Shown piece after piece: positions 38,501-48,400 of a DNA stretch of 48,498 nt. The notes under the pieces were generated by a model that had not been told where the DNA came from, searched no databases, and saw nothing but the letters and a program-made list of their open reading frames with translations. The number at the start of each line of letters is the position of its first letter. Position 1 is the first letter of the stretch. The stretch is from Bacteroidia bacterium (GTDB taxonomy: Bacteria; Bacteroidota; Bacteroidia; J057; RFSG01). The position numbers and the translations under genes were made by a program. The stretch is taken from contig JBEIHC010000003.1 of assembly GCA_040381555.1 (NCBI GenBank), positions 1 to 48,498 on the forward strand, read 5' to 3'.

Positions 38501-40553
38501 TACCCCTTTAACGACCGCTAGTATTTCAGGAAGTCAATCTATTTGTCCAGGAGGTTCTGCTACTTTGAGTGTAAACTTTACTGGGAGTGGTCCTTGGAGT
38601 TTTATTTATTCAAATGGATTTAGTAATACCTCCGTGAGCACTGTAACCGCTTCTCCATGGACTGTAACGGTTACCCCTTCTATCTCCACAACTTATACAT
38701 TGGTGAGTTTGATCTCCAATGGATGTGCTGGGGCTATATCGGGGAGTGCAGTAGTTTCGCTCACTCCTACAGCCAATGCCAGTATCAGTGGATCTCACAC
38801 AATTTGTGCTGGAGCCAGTGCCCTACTTACGGTTAATTTAAGTGGAGTAGGACCTTGGAATTTAACTTGGACGGATGGGACGAACTTTACCTCCCAGACA
38901 GGTATTTCTACTTCGCCATACTTGTTTTCTGTCAGTCCGGTAAATTCTACCACTTATAGTTTAAGCAATTTAGTTTCTCAAGGTTGTACAGGATCTGTTT
39001 CGGGCTCAGGAGTGGTTACGCTTCAATCTGGTCCTACAGCCTCCATTAGTGGCAATCAAACCATTTGTATAGGAGATAGCGCTCAAGTCAGCATTCAACT
39101 GACAGGTACTGGGCCTTGGGATATTACCTGGATGCAAGGAAGTTCGACTTTAACTCAGACCGGATTAACCAATTCTCCTTGGGTTATTTCAGTTACCCCA
39201 TCTGTTGCCACAACCTACAAAGTAACCTCTGTTTCTGCCCCTGGTTGTAGTACAGGTACTATCAGCGGAAGTGGTCAGGTGGTTGTTCAGTTGGCTCCGA
39301 TTCCTTCTCCGGCTGTGGTTCAATCAAATCAGTCAATCTGCAGTACCTCTTCTTTGGTGGTTGCCAATACCCCCACTTCCGGAACGGGAGTATGGACAGT
39401 TACAGCTGGTACTTCTACGGTTTTAAATCCAGGAAATGCCACTAGTTCTGTGGTAAGTTTGAGTCAGGGTTTGAATCGCTTTATCTGGACCGTTACCTTA
39501 GGAGCATGTTCCTCTTCCGATCAATTAGATATCTATCGAGAAATACCTCCTGCACCTTCTAATGCAGGACCTTCTCAAGTTATTTGTGGCAGCACAGCAA
39601 CTCTTGCTGGAAATACTCCAACCAATAATGCCACTGGTACTTGGTCTATTGTGAGTGGATCCTGCATTATTACCAATCCGAATTCCTTAAACTCTTCAGT
39701 AACCAATATCGCACCTGGGCAAACGGTGTTGCGTTGGACAATCAGCAATGGTGTTTGCCCCTCTACGCAGGATACTTTGACAATTGTTTCTGCATTAGGA
39801 GTAACTCAAGCCAATGCAGGAGCAGATCAAACCATTTGTATTGGCTCTGCCAACTTGAACGCGAATATGGCTAATCCAGGTCAGGGATTTTGGACGGTTG
39901 TTTCAGGTTCGGGAGTTGTAAGTAATTCCATTTCTAACTCCACTCAATTAACGGGAATAACAGTCGGTACAACCGTATTAGCTTGGACTTTGACCAACGC
40001 TGGATGTATTTCCTCAGATACAATGAGGATAAATAGAATTAGTGCCCCATTGGCCAACTTTACCTATACTCAAGCAGGGAGTTTATTCTCCTTTACCGAT
40101 TTATCACAGAATCCGGTTTCTTGGTTCTGGACATTTGGAGATGGGAATAATAGCAATCAGCAAAATCCCCAGCATACCTATCAGCAGTCAGGGATGTACA
40201 CAGTTACTTTAATTGTGGCCAATGGATGTGGGAGTGATACGGCGGTTTATCAGGTCAATAATTGGGGGGTAAGTACTAGTGTTGATTTAGACCTCTCAGA
40301 TTTAATGGAGATCTGGCCAAATCCATCAAGTGGCAGGACCAGCATATACATAAAAAATGCTGCTTATCAAGACCTAGATTTGAGAGTTTATGACATGCTT
40401 GGCCATTTAGTCATGGTAAATGGCAAGAAGAATTTAACTCCGAATGGTTTACAATGGGACTTAAATTTATCTGATTTAAGTACTGGAGTCTATCAAATAC
40501 GAGTTTCAGGCTCTGGAATGCAGGGTATTGGCAAGCTTTTGCTGGTGAAATAA
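32589..40553 (+). CDS. giant secreted repeat protein 2 (2654 aa), T9SS cargo
   Basis: Domain order:
- Signal peptide (LFSWSGLIWAQA).
- 3 x [A unit VTVLTPNGGE.W.GATTQNITWS..IEYSTNNG..W; B unit QPNGGEQW.VGSLQSIVW...YSTNNG..W...NC.VRV.D; closing KYRGG(S/G)(F/Y)DGFT.C].
- 18 x 87-aa two-Cys modules.
- 3 x ~80-aa modules (Q.IC.......G.W.(V/I).(S/A)G......N......(V/L)......(F/L/V).(W)T(V/I/L).....C).
- A PKD-like segment (WFWTFGDGNNS...PQHTYQQSGMYTVTLIVANG).
- A T9SS CTD (IWPNPSSGRTSIYIKN...GVYQIRVSG...LLLVK). Confidence 0.93.
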   Translation: MKHLTRYLLFLLFSWSGLIWAQAPSVTVLTPNGGEVWSGATTQNITWSSVNISNVVIEYSTNNGTNWINIATWPASAQTYAWVVPGAGPLGSNLCLVRIYDALNTAVVDQSNNTFTIPPSSITLLQPNGGEQWPVGSLQSIVWTHSSILNIDIEYSTNNGTNWTSIATNIPALRGFHNWTIPATVSSNCIVRVKDAVNPLTVNDVSNSTFSIIAALTIDLVKYRGGSFDGFTFCQNAAPAVTVLTPNGGEVWPGATTQNITWSYTNIPNNVLIEVSYNNGSNWTTLTTWPASAQTFPWVVSGIGSTTCLVRVSDAQNSTINDVSNANFTIPTATISVVQANGGEQWSVGSLQSIVWNSQSVNNVNIDYSTNNGTSWVSVATNQTAQRGFFNWTIPATVSANCLVRVTDASNPLVTDNSDAVFSIIAALTVDVVKYRGGSFDGFTICSNQTPAITVLTPNGGEIWSGATTQNITWSYTNISNNVLIEYSTNNGSSWNTITTWPVTARTYPWMVPGAGPLGSTQCLVRVSDAQNTLVTDQSNATFTIPGSSVTVIQPNGGEQWQVGSLQSIVWNVQSVLTVNIEYSTNNGSNWISIATNFNSSIGFYNWIVPATISSNCIVRVSDFANTTTVNDISNAVFSIIGASTVDVNKYRGGGYDGFTSCYTGCVPPTASMSGTQTICTGSSANLSINFTGSGPYVITYTNGTTPVTQSGITANPFVISVTPTVTTSYSLTALSNTCVSGPISGSALVTLTSGPTATLTGNQTICSGASVTLTVALGGASPWTVVWTDGTTPITQTGITGSPLLISQTPASSRTYSLVSVSSPSCTGGLATGTAAIQVNAPPVVALSGGNTICSGNTGTLTFTLSGNSPWDIVWTDGTSNFTQLGVTSSPFLTTVTLSQSITYSPVSVINVCGSGTVNGNAPFVLNAAPVATLTGTQTICVGGTAVLSVGITGIAPWSLSWTDGTTPQTQTGITSSPYFMVVTPGSQTTYSLVSVSSICSGTVSGTAIVTPQSGPTATLSGTQTVCGIGTAQLSVALTGSAPWSLTWTNGTTPVTQTGITGSPFLFTVTPTQTTTYSLTVVSTSGCPSGVLSGGAVVSVFSIPTASLSGTQTVCSGVSANLTISLTGTSPYQIVWTNGTTPQTLTGITGSSYTFSVTPISNTTYSLVSIQNSCTGTVSGQAIVTLATSPTATLSGTQTICGVGSASLSIAFTGTGPWNVSYTDGTTPNAVNGLTSSPYVFSVTPSSSVTFTLLSVANPYCSSGLVSGQAIVSHSSVPTASISGTQSICSGQSASLTVSLSGIAPWNLTWTDGTNPQSQTGITSSPFIVSVTPISTSTYNLLSVQNICTGTVSGQAPVAVLSPASATLTGSQTICGSGAASLTITFSGAGPWNVSWTNGTTLASQNGITASPYVFTVTPTGLTTYSLVSVTNPFCSIGSVSGTALVNQMPLPTATISGTQSLCAGQSALITVNLTGSAPWNFTWTDGTNANTVLATTASVHVLSVTPASTRTYTVSSVSDACGLGTQSGNAAITVTLLPTASISGTQTICIGSGATLSATLTGSSPWSLTWTDGVSPVMVTGITSTPYTWSISPAVQTSYTLTNVSNGCAGSVSGIALVRPIAVPTATLSGNQTVCPIQAAQLSVALTGVQPWTITWTNGTTPITVTGINTSPYTFSVTSMSSRTYTLTQVGSQGCSPGTVSGNAVVSIQPMPTAALSGAGSICAGQTFQFSVALTGSSPWTFSYTDGTNTNSIINTTMTPYWVSVTPSTTRTYSLVSLNNACGSGTVSGTASVQVTQVVSATLSGSQTICNGNSGNISASLVGNAPWNLTWTDGVNSFPVSGITSSPFVFSVSPTATTTFVVLNVNAGGCVGSAFGSHVVSVIPGPTLNVSGGQNVCSGVGVQMNFSMTGNPPWNITFTNGTNTFTQTGLTSSPYIFNFTPSASVTYTPISVSNACGAGSVSGNAIYQVTPLTTASISGSQSICPGGSATLSVNFTGSGPWSFIYSNGFSNTSVSTVTASPWTVTVTPSISTTYTLVSLISNGCAGAISGSAVVSLTPTANASISGSHTICAGASALLTVNLSGVGPWNLTWTDGTNFTSQTGISTSPYLFSVSPVNSTTYSLSNLVSQGCTGSVSGSGVVTLQSGPTASISGNQTICIGDSAQVSIQLTGTGPWDITWMQGSSTLTQTGLTNSPWVISVTPSVATTYKVTSVSAPGCSTGTISGSGQVVVQLAPIPSPAVVQSNQSICSTSSLVVANTPTSGTGVWTVTAGTSTVLNPGNATSSVVSLSQGLNRFIWTVTLGACSSSDQLDIYREIPPAPSNAGPSQVICGSTATLAGNTPTNNATGTWSIVSGSCIITNPNSLNSSVTNIAPGQTVLRWTISNGVCPSTQDTLTIVSALGVTQANAGADQTICIGSANLNANMANPGQGFWTVVSGSGVVSNSISNSTQLTGITVGTTVLAWTLTNAGCISSDTMRINRISAPLANFTYTQAGSLFSFTDLSQNPVSWFWTFGDGNNSNQQNPQHTYQQSGMYTVTLIVANGCGSDTAVYQVNNWGVSTSVDLDLSDLMEIWPNPSSGRTSIYIKNAAYQDLDLRVYDMLGHLVMVNGKKNLTPNGLQWDLNLSDLSTGVYQIRVSGSGMQGIGKLLLVK
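32664..34585 (+). repeat. 3 tandem ~640-bp coding repeats (A-B unit pairs) in giant protein 2
   Basis: Unit starts are at 32664, 33309 and 33945 (VTVLTPNGGE / ITVLTPNGGE). Each ends with KYRGGxxDGF. Confidence 0.9.
34591..39299 (+). repeat. 18 tandem ~261-bp (87-aa) coding repeats in giant protein 2
   Basis: I counted 18 occurrences of G..P(W/Y)...(W/Y/F)(T/S/M)(D/N/Q)G, each preceded by (T/N/S)Q(T/S/N)(I/V/L)C.G and followed by a second Cys about 60 aa later. Confidence 0.9.
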
Positions 40554-40711
40554 GCACTTTTCCACTAATAAATTAGTAAGATCTTGGTCGTAAAAGGCTT
40601 TGATTACAGCCCTTTGTGTTTTCCATAGATTATTTCTCCACAAATATTTGTAATTGTAATATATTGTGGTCATATTTGAAATCTAATTTAATAACGAAAA
40701 ACAATAATTTT

Positions 40712-42439
40712 ATGAAAACTGTTTCTCAATTTCTGTTTGGTGTCCTATTGTTGGCACTTGGTTTTAGCGCAAATGCGAATAACCTGACCATTACCAATGT
40801 TTCGTTGACGGGAGCAACTTCTACCACGATTCAGGTACAATACAATATGTTTTGGGATAATTCCTGGAGAGATTTGGAGAATTGGGATGCAGCTTGGGTT
40901 TTTGTGAAGTATTCTACCAATGCGGGATTAAATTGGGCTCATGCCACTTTAAGTACAACTGGGCATGTAAGTGGTACAGCAACTCCAAGTGCGACAGTTC
41001 AAATTCCACAAGACAACATGGGTGCATTTATATATCGTTCTGCTACAGGTAGCGGGACTTACACCATTACAAGCCAGCAATTGCAATGGAACTTCACGGC
41101 CAATGGTTTAAACCAAACTCAAGCTTCCGGTGCTACTATTCGGGTATTCGGAATGGAGATGGTGTATATTCCACAAGGGGAGTATTATTTGGGGGATGGG
41201 GTGAATTATTCTACCACGCCAACCCCTACGGCAAGTGCGTTTACTAGGTCTAATACCAATAGTAGTGCTGGTTTTATCCCTCCTAATATTTCAGAGACTT
41301 TAAATGACCCCTTTTACGGAGACTTTAGGATTAATGGATTGCTTGGTGTAGATTTAAATAATGATACAGTTGTATCTACTTGGCCGACAGATGCACCAAG
41401 TTTTCCAACTGGATATAAAGCATTTTATTGCATGAAATACAAAGTTACGCAAGGACAATACACGGATTTTTTAAATACGCTTACCTACGATCAGCAATCA
41501 CAAAGGGTCAATAATGCGAATAATACTGCAAATGCTAGTATTTGGGATGGGTCCACAACTGCACTTCCGTCTCATCGTAATAATATATTTGTATTAACCC
41601 CTGGCATTAGTAATACTCAGCCACGCGTTTATACAGCAACTCGTCCGGATCGTGAATGTAATTACATAAACTGGCCTGATGCGGCTGCCTACCTTGACTG
41701 GGCATCTTTAAGACCATATACTGAATTTGAAAAAGAGAAAATTGGAAGAGGTCCAGTTCCTCCTGTTCAGGGAGAAGTAGCTAATGGGACAACATCTTTT
41801 ACAGCTCTGGTTGGTATAACATCGGGTGTTGAAAATGGTACAGAAATAGCAACGAATACAACTCAAAATTTATACAATGTTAGTCAGGAGTATTATCCAA
41901 CTGGCGGGGATAATGGCAATTTTTACAGAGCTCCAATTCGCTCCGGAATCTTCAGCACAAGTTCTTCAACCAGGGTTCAATCTGGTTCAACTTATTATGG
42001 CGTTAAAGATTATGGAAGTGGGTTAATAGAGTGGCAAGTTAGTTTTGCAACACTTGCAGGTCGTTCATTCACAGGACTACATGGAAATGGGGTATTAAAT
42101 TCAAGTGCACAGGCAGATGTAAATTTTTGGCCTGGCGTTAATGGCAATGCTACGACAGGCACTGCCAATGCTACCTATGCAGGCACGACTGGTGTGAATA
42201 CTGGAGCCGGTATCACCTTCACTGGGTTTATGAATTATAATGCTGCTATATATTCCGCAGTATGGGGGCCTTGGCTTGGTACTAGTTATCATAACAATTC
42301 CTATCCTTATTTTATTTCTGCTAGGATGAATCCTGGATACTTGAATGTGAGTACAATTTCTACCTCAACAGGACGACAAACCTCCTACACAACCCGTTAT
42401 CAAACGATGGGTTTCCGTGGTGTAAAATCCAATCTTTAA
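40712..42439 (+). CDS. secreted FGE-sulfatase-fold (SUMF1/GldJ/GldK-like) protein, partner 2 (paralogue of 31007-32554)
   Basis: Start chosen at ATG 40712 (MKTVSQFLFGVLLLALGFSANA). The N-terminal domain is near-collinear with partner 1 (NLTITNVSLTGATSTTIQVQYNMFWDNSWRDLENWDAAWVFVKY...). FGE landmarks are MVYIPQGEYYLGDG, FYCMKYKVTQGQYTDFLN, RPDRECNYINWPDAAAYLDWASLRPYTEFEKEKIGRGP, YYGVKDYGSGLIEW and MGFRGV. Confidence 0.75.
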   Translation: MKTVSQFLFGVLLLALGFSANANNLTITNVSLTGATSTTIQVQYNMFWDNSWRDLENWDAAWVFVKYSTNAGLNWAHATLSTTGHVSGTATPSATVQIPQDNMGAFIYRSATGSGTYTITSQQLQWNFTANGLNQTQASGATIRVFGMEMVYIPQGEYYLGDGVNYSTTPTPTASAFTRSNTNSSAGFIPPNISETLNDPFYGDFRINGLLGVDLNNDTVVSTWPTDAPSFPTGYKAFYCMKYKVTQGQYTDFLNTLTYDQQSQRVNNANNTANASIWDGSTTALPSHRNNIFVLTPGISNTQPRVYTATRPDRECNYINWPDAAAYLDWASLRPYTEFEKEKIGRGPVPPVQGEVANGTTSFTALVGITSGVENGTEIATNTTQNLYNVSQEYYPTGGDNGNFYRAPIRSGIFSTSSSTRVQSGSTYYGVKDYGSGLIEWQVSFATLAGRSFTGLHGNGVLNSSAQADVNFWPGVNGNATTGTANATYAGTTGVNTGAGITFTGFMNYNAAIYSAVWGPWLGTSYHNNSYPYFISARMNPGYLNVSTISTSTGRQTSYTTRYQTMGFRGVKSNL

Positions 42440-42459
42440 TCTTTTAACCCATCCCGGTT

Positions 42460-45400
42460 ATGAATATACTCCTCAACAAAGCGAGGGAGGGAATCCGGGT
42501 TGCATGGGCGATGTTGGTTTTTATTTTGCTGTGTTCTTCTCAGCAGGTAATAGGCCAATCCGTTACTGTCACCAGCCCGAATACAAATGTCATTTGGCAA
42601 AGTGCCACCAGTCAAAATATTACCTGGACTGGAGCAGGTATTTCTAATGTACGAATCGAATATTCGATCAACAATGGTTCTACCTGGATATTAATTGGCA
42701 CCCAATCCTTAACGACATTTACCTACCCATGGACCATCCCTCAAATTCAGGGTGGTTCAACCTTTTGTCTCATTCGCATTAGTGATGCCATCAATCCACT
42801 TACTTTTGATGTATCTAATGTGACTTTTACAATTCCGCCTTCTGTCGTCCTCGATTATCCTAATGGCGGAGAAACACTATATGGCAGTTCGGTGCGAGGC
42901 ATAAGATGGACGCACGACCCCAGTGTATCGAATGTACGACTTGAATATAGTTCGGATAATGGTTCTAATTGGAATTCAATCGTTACTACTGTTAGAGCAT
43001 TACAAAAGTTCTATGCCTGGACGGTTCCTTCTTTGTCTTCTTCTAATGTATTGATAAGGGCAAGTAACGCTGCCAACACAACGATAAATGATATTAGTAA
43101 CCAACCTTTTACAATATCAAACAGTGTCTTAGCAGACCCGGTTCGATATCGGGGAGGAGGCTATGATGGCTATTCTATGCGTTCAAACCTTGTTCCTGCC
43201 GTAACGGTTACTTCTCCTAATACAAATGTGTTTTGGCAGGCGAATACAACCCAGGCCATTACTTGGACTTCCTCCAATGTGGACAATATTCTTATTGAGT
43301 ATTCCACCAATAGCGGCAGTTCCTGGACAACCATTACAACTTCGCCTGCTTCAACCGGGTATTTTAATTGGAATGTTCCTCAGATACCAGGCGGTTCTAC
43401 ACAGTGTCTGATTCGGATGACAGATATTCTAAATGGAGCAGTAACGGATCAGAGTGATGTGACTTTTACCATTCCTCCTTCTATCATTGTCGAGTATCCT
43501 AATGGAGGAGAAAATCTATATTCCGGAACAGTCAGAGGTATAAGATGGATCCATGATCCCAGCGTTACAAATGTTTTGCTGGAATATAGTTCGGACAATG
43601 GCTCGAGTTGGAATACGATTGTATCTTCTGTAAGAGCTTTACAGAAATTCTATGCTTGGACTCTTCCAGGATTAAACTCTTCGAATGTACTTGTGAGGGC
43701 CAGTAATGCTACTAATACTGGAATCAATGACATTAGTAATTCAGTATTTACCATCAATAATTCTGCTTTAGTGGATCCTGTTCGGTATCGCGGCGGAAAT
43801 TATGATGGCTACACAATGCGGTCGAATCTGATTCCCTCTGTTACGGTGACTTCACCTAACACCAATGTGTTTTGGCAGGCGAATACGACTCAGGCCATTA
43901 CCTGGACATCATCAAATATTGATAATGTGCTACTTGAATATTCAACTAATAATGGATCAGCATGGACTACCATTTTGACAACCTCTGCTAGTACAGGCTA
44001 TCATAATTGGAGTGTGCCCCAGATTCCCGGTGGTTCGACCTTGTGTCTGATCCGGATTACGGATGCCTTGAATTCTGTGGTTACGGATATGTCAGATGTA
44101 ACTTTTACAATTCCTCCCTCTATTATTCTGGATTATCCCAATGGAGGGGAACTCTTATACGGAGGTTCTATTCGGGGAATTCGATGGACACATGATCCTA
44201 GTGTCTCCAATGTATTATTGGAATACAGCACGAATAATGGATCCAGTTGGACCACAATTGTTTCGTCAGTAAGAGCTCTGCAGAAATTTTATGCCTGGAC
44301 CATTCCATCAATAGCTTCAAACAGTGTATTGGTTAGGGCAAGTAATGCAAGCAATTCAGGTATTAACGATATTAGTGATGCTGCTTTCTCAATTAGTTCA
44401 ACAACCCTTGTAGATCCCGTTCGCTATAGAGGGGGAAGTTATGACGGGTATGCCATGCGGGAAAATTCCTCTTCTATCGTTACCCTTACGAGTCCGGTCA
44501 CCAATCTGACCTGGCTTAGTAATACTAATGAAAATATCACCTGGACTTCCGCGAATGTGGTGAATGTGATGCTGGAATTCTCCTCTAATAATGGTTCCTC
44601 TTGGACAATCATTGCCAATTCACTTGCTGCGGGATCCGGCTCTTTTACTTGGAATGTGGTCCAGATTTCTGGAGGTTCAACGCAATGTCTGATTAGAATT
44701 TCAGATACCTCAGATCCTTCTATCTTTAGCATTAGTCCGGTTACATTTACGATACCTCCACCCATTACAATTGAATATCCCAATGGCGGTGAAACGCTTT
44801 ATGCAGGCAGTGTTCGTGGTATTCGTTGGATACACGATCCAAGTGTTTCGAATGTACTACTAGAATATAGTGCGGATAATGGCTCCACCTGGAGTACGAT
44901 AGTTTCTTCTGTTCGTGCCTTGCAAAAGTTTTATGCCTGGACAGTTCCCGCTTTAGCTTCTTCCTCTGTTTTGGTGCGCGCCAGCAATGCGTCTAATACC
45001 ACAATAAATGATGTAAGTAATACAGCCTTTACCATTCAGAACTCAGCTCTGGTGGATCCGGTTCGGTATCGTGGGGGAAGTTTTGACGGATATGCGATGC
45101 GAGAGAATACGCTTTCTCTGGTTACCCTGACGAGTCCTGTAACTGCAGTTACCTGGCAAAGTAATACGAATCAAAACATCACCTGGAATTCAACAAATGT
45201 GGTGAATGTGATGATTGAGTTTTCTTCTAACAATGGGTCGAGTTGGAGTACAATTGCACCTTCTCTTGCTGCCGGATCCGGGAGTTTCACCTGGAATGTC
45301 GTGCAGATATCAGGAGGTTCAACTCAGTGTTTAATCCGTGTATCCGATACTTCAGATCCCTCCGTTTTCAGTGTGAGTTCTGTGAATTTTATTATCCCTC

Positions 45401-48400
45401 CCCCCATTACGATTGAATACCCCAATGGTGGAGAGACGCTTTATGCAGGAACCGTAAGAGGAATTCGATGGATTCACGATCCCAGTGTGTCTAATGTTTT
45501 ATTGGAATATACCACAAATAATGGGTCTTCGTGGAATACGATTGTTTCATCTGTTCGTGCATTACAAAAATTTTATGCATGGACCATTCCTTCTATTAAT
45601 TCGGCTTCAGTCATCGTTCGGGCAAGTAATGCAGCCAATACTTCAATAAATGATGTTTCGGATGCTGTATTTACAGTTTCTACTTCAAGTTTTGTAGATC
45701 CGATTCGTTATCGTGGTGGTGGGTATGATGGATATACGATGAGATCCAATGCTCAGCCCTTTATTACCGTTAATAGCCCAAATACCAATGTGTTTTGGCA
45801 AGCGAGTACTACTCAAACCATCACTTGGAGTTCAGGAGATGTGGATAATGTAATTCTGGAGTATTCTACTGACAATGGTAGCAGCTGGAATAACATCATT
45901 ACAACCTCTGCTAGTACTGGATACCATAATTGGTTTGTTCCCCAAATCCCAGGTGGTTCAACCCAATGTTTGATTAAAATCACGGATGCTATTAACCCAT
46001 TGATATCCGATGTCAGTAATGTGACCTTCACCATTCCGCCTTCTATTATTTTGGAGTATCCCAATGGGGGAGAAACCTTACATGCCGGCACGGTTCGGGG
46101 AATTCGTTGGATTCATGATCCTAGTGTAGCTAATGTACTATTGGAATACAGTTCCAACAATGGTTCCAGTTGGACAACAATTGTTTCTTCTGTAAGAGCA
46201 TTACAGAAATTTTATGCATGGACTATTCCGTCTATTTCTGGTTCAGGTATTCTGGTAAGGGCAAGTAATGCCTCCAACTCAAATATCAATGATATAAGTG
46301 ATCAGAATTTTACGATTCAAAATGCTCAATTAGTCGATCCTGTGCGTTACTATGGTGGTTCTTATGATGGATATGCAAGTAATCAAACTTTTACTTGCCC
46401 AATTCCATCCGCTACCTTATCCGGAAACTACAGTCTGTGTCAGTCTGGTACTGTTTCTTTAAGCGTATTCTTTACAGGAAGTCAGCCTTGGGATATCACC
46501 TGGACGGATGGAACTAACTCGTATCCGGTGTCCAATATTACCCAAACGCCTTATATTATTGTTGTGACGCCTAGTGTTTCAACTACCTACAGTGTGGTGA
46601 GTGTAAGTAATAGCTGCGGTAGCGGTCCTGGTTATCTTCAATCAGTTGTGAGTGTCAGCTCCGCGCCTACCGCCTCTATCTCGGGTAGTGAAGCCTTATG
46701 CACCGGCCAAAGCACAACTTTAAGTTTTGTCCTGACTGGTTCTGCACCTTGGGATTTAACCTGGACAGATGGCTTATCTTCCTTTACGCAAACGGGTATT
46801 TCCGCTTCTCCTTATCTTGTTAGCCTGACGCCCGTACAAACAAGAGTTTACGCTCCGGTGGCCGTATCTTCAGGTTGCTCCGGAACAGTGTCCGGTTCAA
46901 GAACGGTAAGCGTTGGAAGTTCTCCAACTGCAGTATTGAGTGGTACTCAGGCTATGTGTCAAAGTGGCACTGCTAATCTGAGTGTAAACTTTACAGGCAA
47001 TTCGCCTTGGAATCTCACCTGGACAGATGGTGTAACTCCATCAACAATTACAGGGATTACAGCCAATCCTTTGCTACTTCCGGTTTCCCCCACGCTGCAA
47101 ACCTCTTATAGTTTAGTTTCTGTAAGTGCCGGTTGTTCGGGTACTGTCAGTGGGAATGCTGTTGTTTCAGTGCTGTCACTTCCATCGGCAACCCTTTCAG
47201 GCAATAATACGATTCTACTGGGTCAAGGAACCACGCTTACGTTTAACTTGACTGGCGCTTCTCCCTGGAGTATTCAGTATAGCAATGGTACGAGTTCTTT
47301 TTCTCAGACCGGGATTAATTCGAGTCCATTCTTTGCAAGTGTCAGTCCAACAGCAAATACAACCTATACACTTGTTTCAGTTAATAACAACGCCTGCCCC
47401 GGTGGTGTTACCGGCAGTGCGGCTATTGTTGTGAATAGTCTTCCCACTGCAGCTCTGAGTGGTGCCCACACGGTTTGTGCGGGAACGCCAGCTACGCTCA
47501 GCGTTAATCTTGGTGGCCCCGGCCCCTGGAATGTAACCTGGACAGATGGCGTCAATACGACCACTCAAAATGGTATTACCTCGACGCTCTACACTTTCAC
47601 TGTAACCCCGACCATCAGTACAACCTATAGTCTGGTGTCTGTTACCAATCCTTTGGTAGGAACAGTAAGTGGCACCGCAGTGGTTAGCGTGACTCCGATA
47701 ATGAATGTAACGCTGAGTGGCAACCAGACGATCACGCAAAATCAAGCGGGTAACCTAAACTTTGCCCTGACCGGTAATAGCCCCTGGTCTTTCAGCTACA
47801 CGGATGGGGTCAATACCATACCGGTGAGCGGTGTTATGCAAAATCCTTATGTGGTAAGCGTCACGCCTATGCAAACGACTACTTATAGCTTAGTGAGTAT
47901 GAGCAGTCCTTGCCCCGGTAGCCTGACAGGTACCGCAGTGGTGGTGGTGAATGTTCCGCCAACAGCGGTGTTGAGTGGAAGCCAAAGTCTATGTGCCGGT
48001 CAGTCTGCGGTTCTGACAGTAACGCTTGGTGGGGGCCCCGGTCCTTACACCCTAAGCTGGACAGATGGTAACAACACCAACACTCAGAATGGGATTACAG
48101 GAAGTACTTACCTGATATCGGTAACACCTTCTCAAAGTACGACCTATAGCTTAATCTCTGTAAGTAATGTTGTGCCCGGTACAGTAAGCGGTACCGCTGT
48201 TGTCAGCGTTACGCCGATAATGAATGTAACGCTGAGTGGTAACCAAACCATTACTCAAAATCAAGCGGGGAACTTAAGCTTTGCTTTGACGGGTAATAGT
48301 CCCTGGTCATTCAGCTATACCAATGGGGTCAATACCATTCCAGTAAGTGGTATCACGCAAAATCCTTTTGTTGTGAGCGTCACGCCTATGCAAACGACTA

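Noticed and set aside
22884-47745. Numerous antisense or out-of-frame ORFs inside the three giant genes (for example 25252-25641 minus, 33234-33746 minus, 34802-35188 plus, 44439-44783 minus, 47377-47745 minus)
   Set aside because: They lie entirely within long, motif-rich sense-frame ORFs and have low-complexity, repeat-derived translations. They recur at the repeat period, which is the pattern expected from biased codon usage in repeats.
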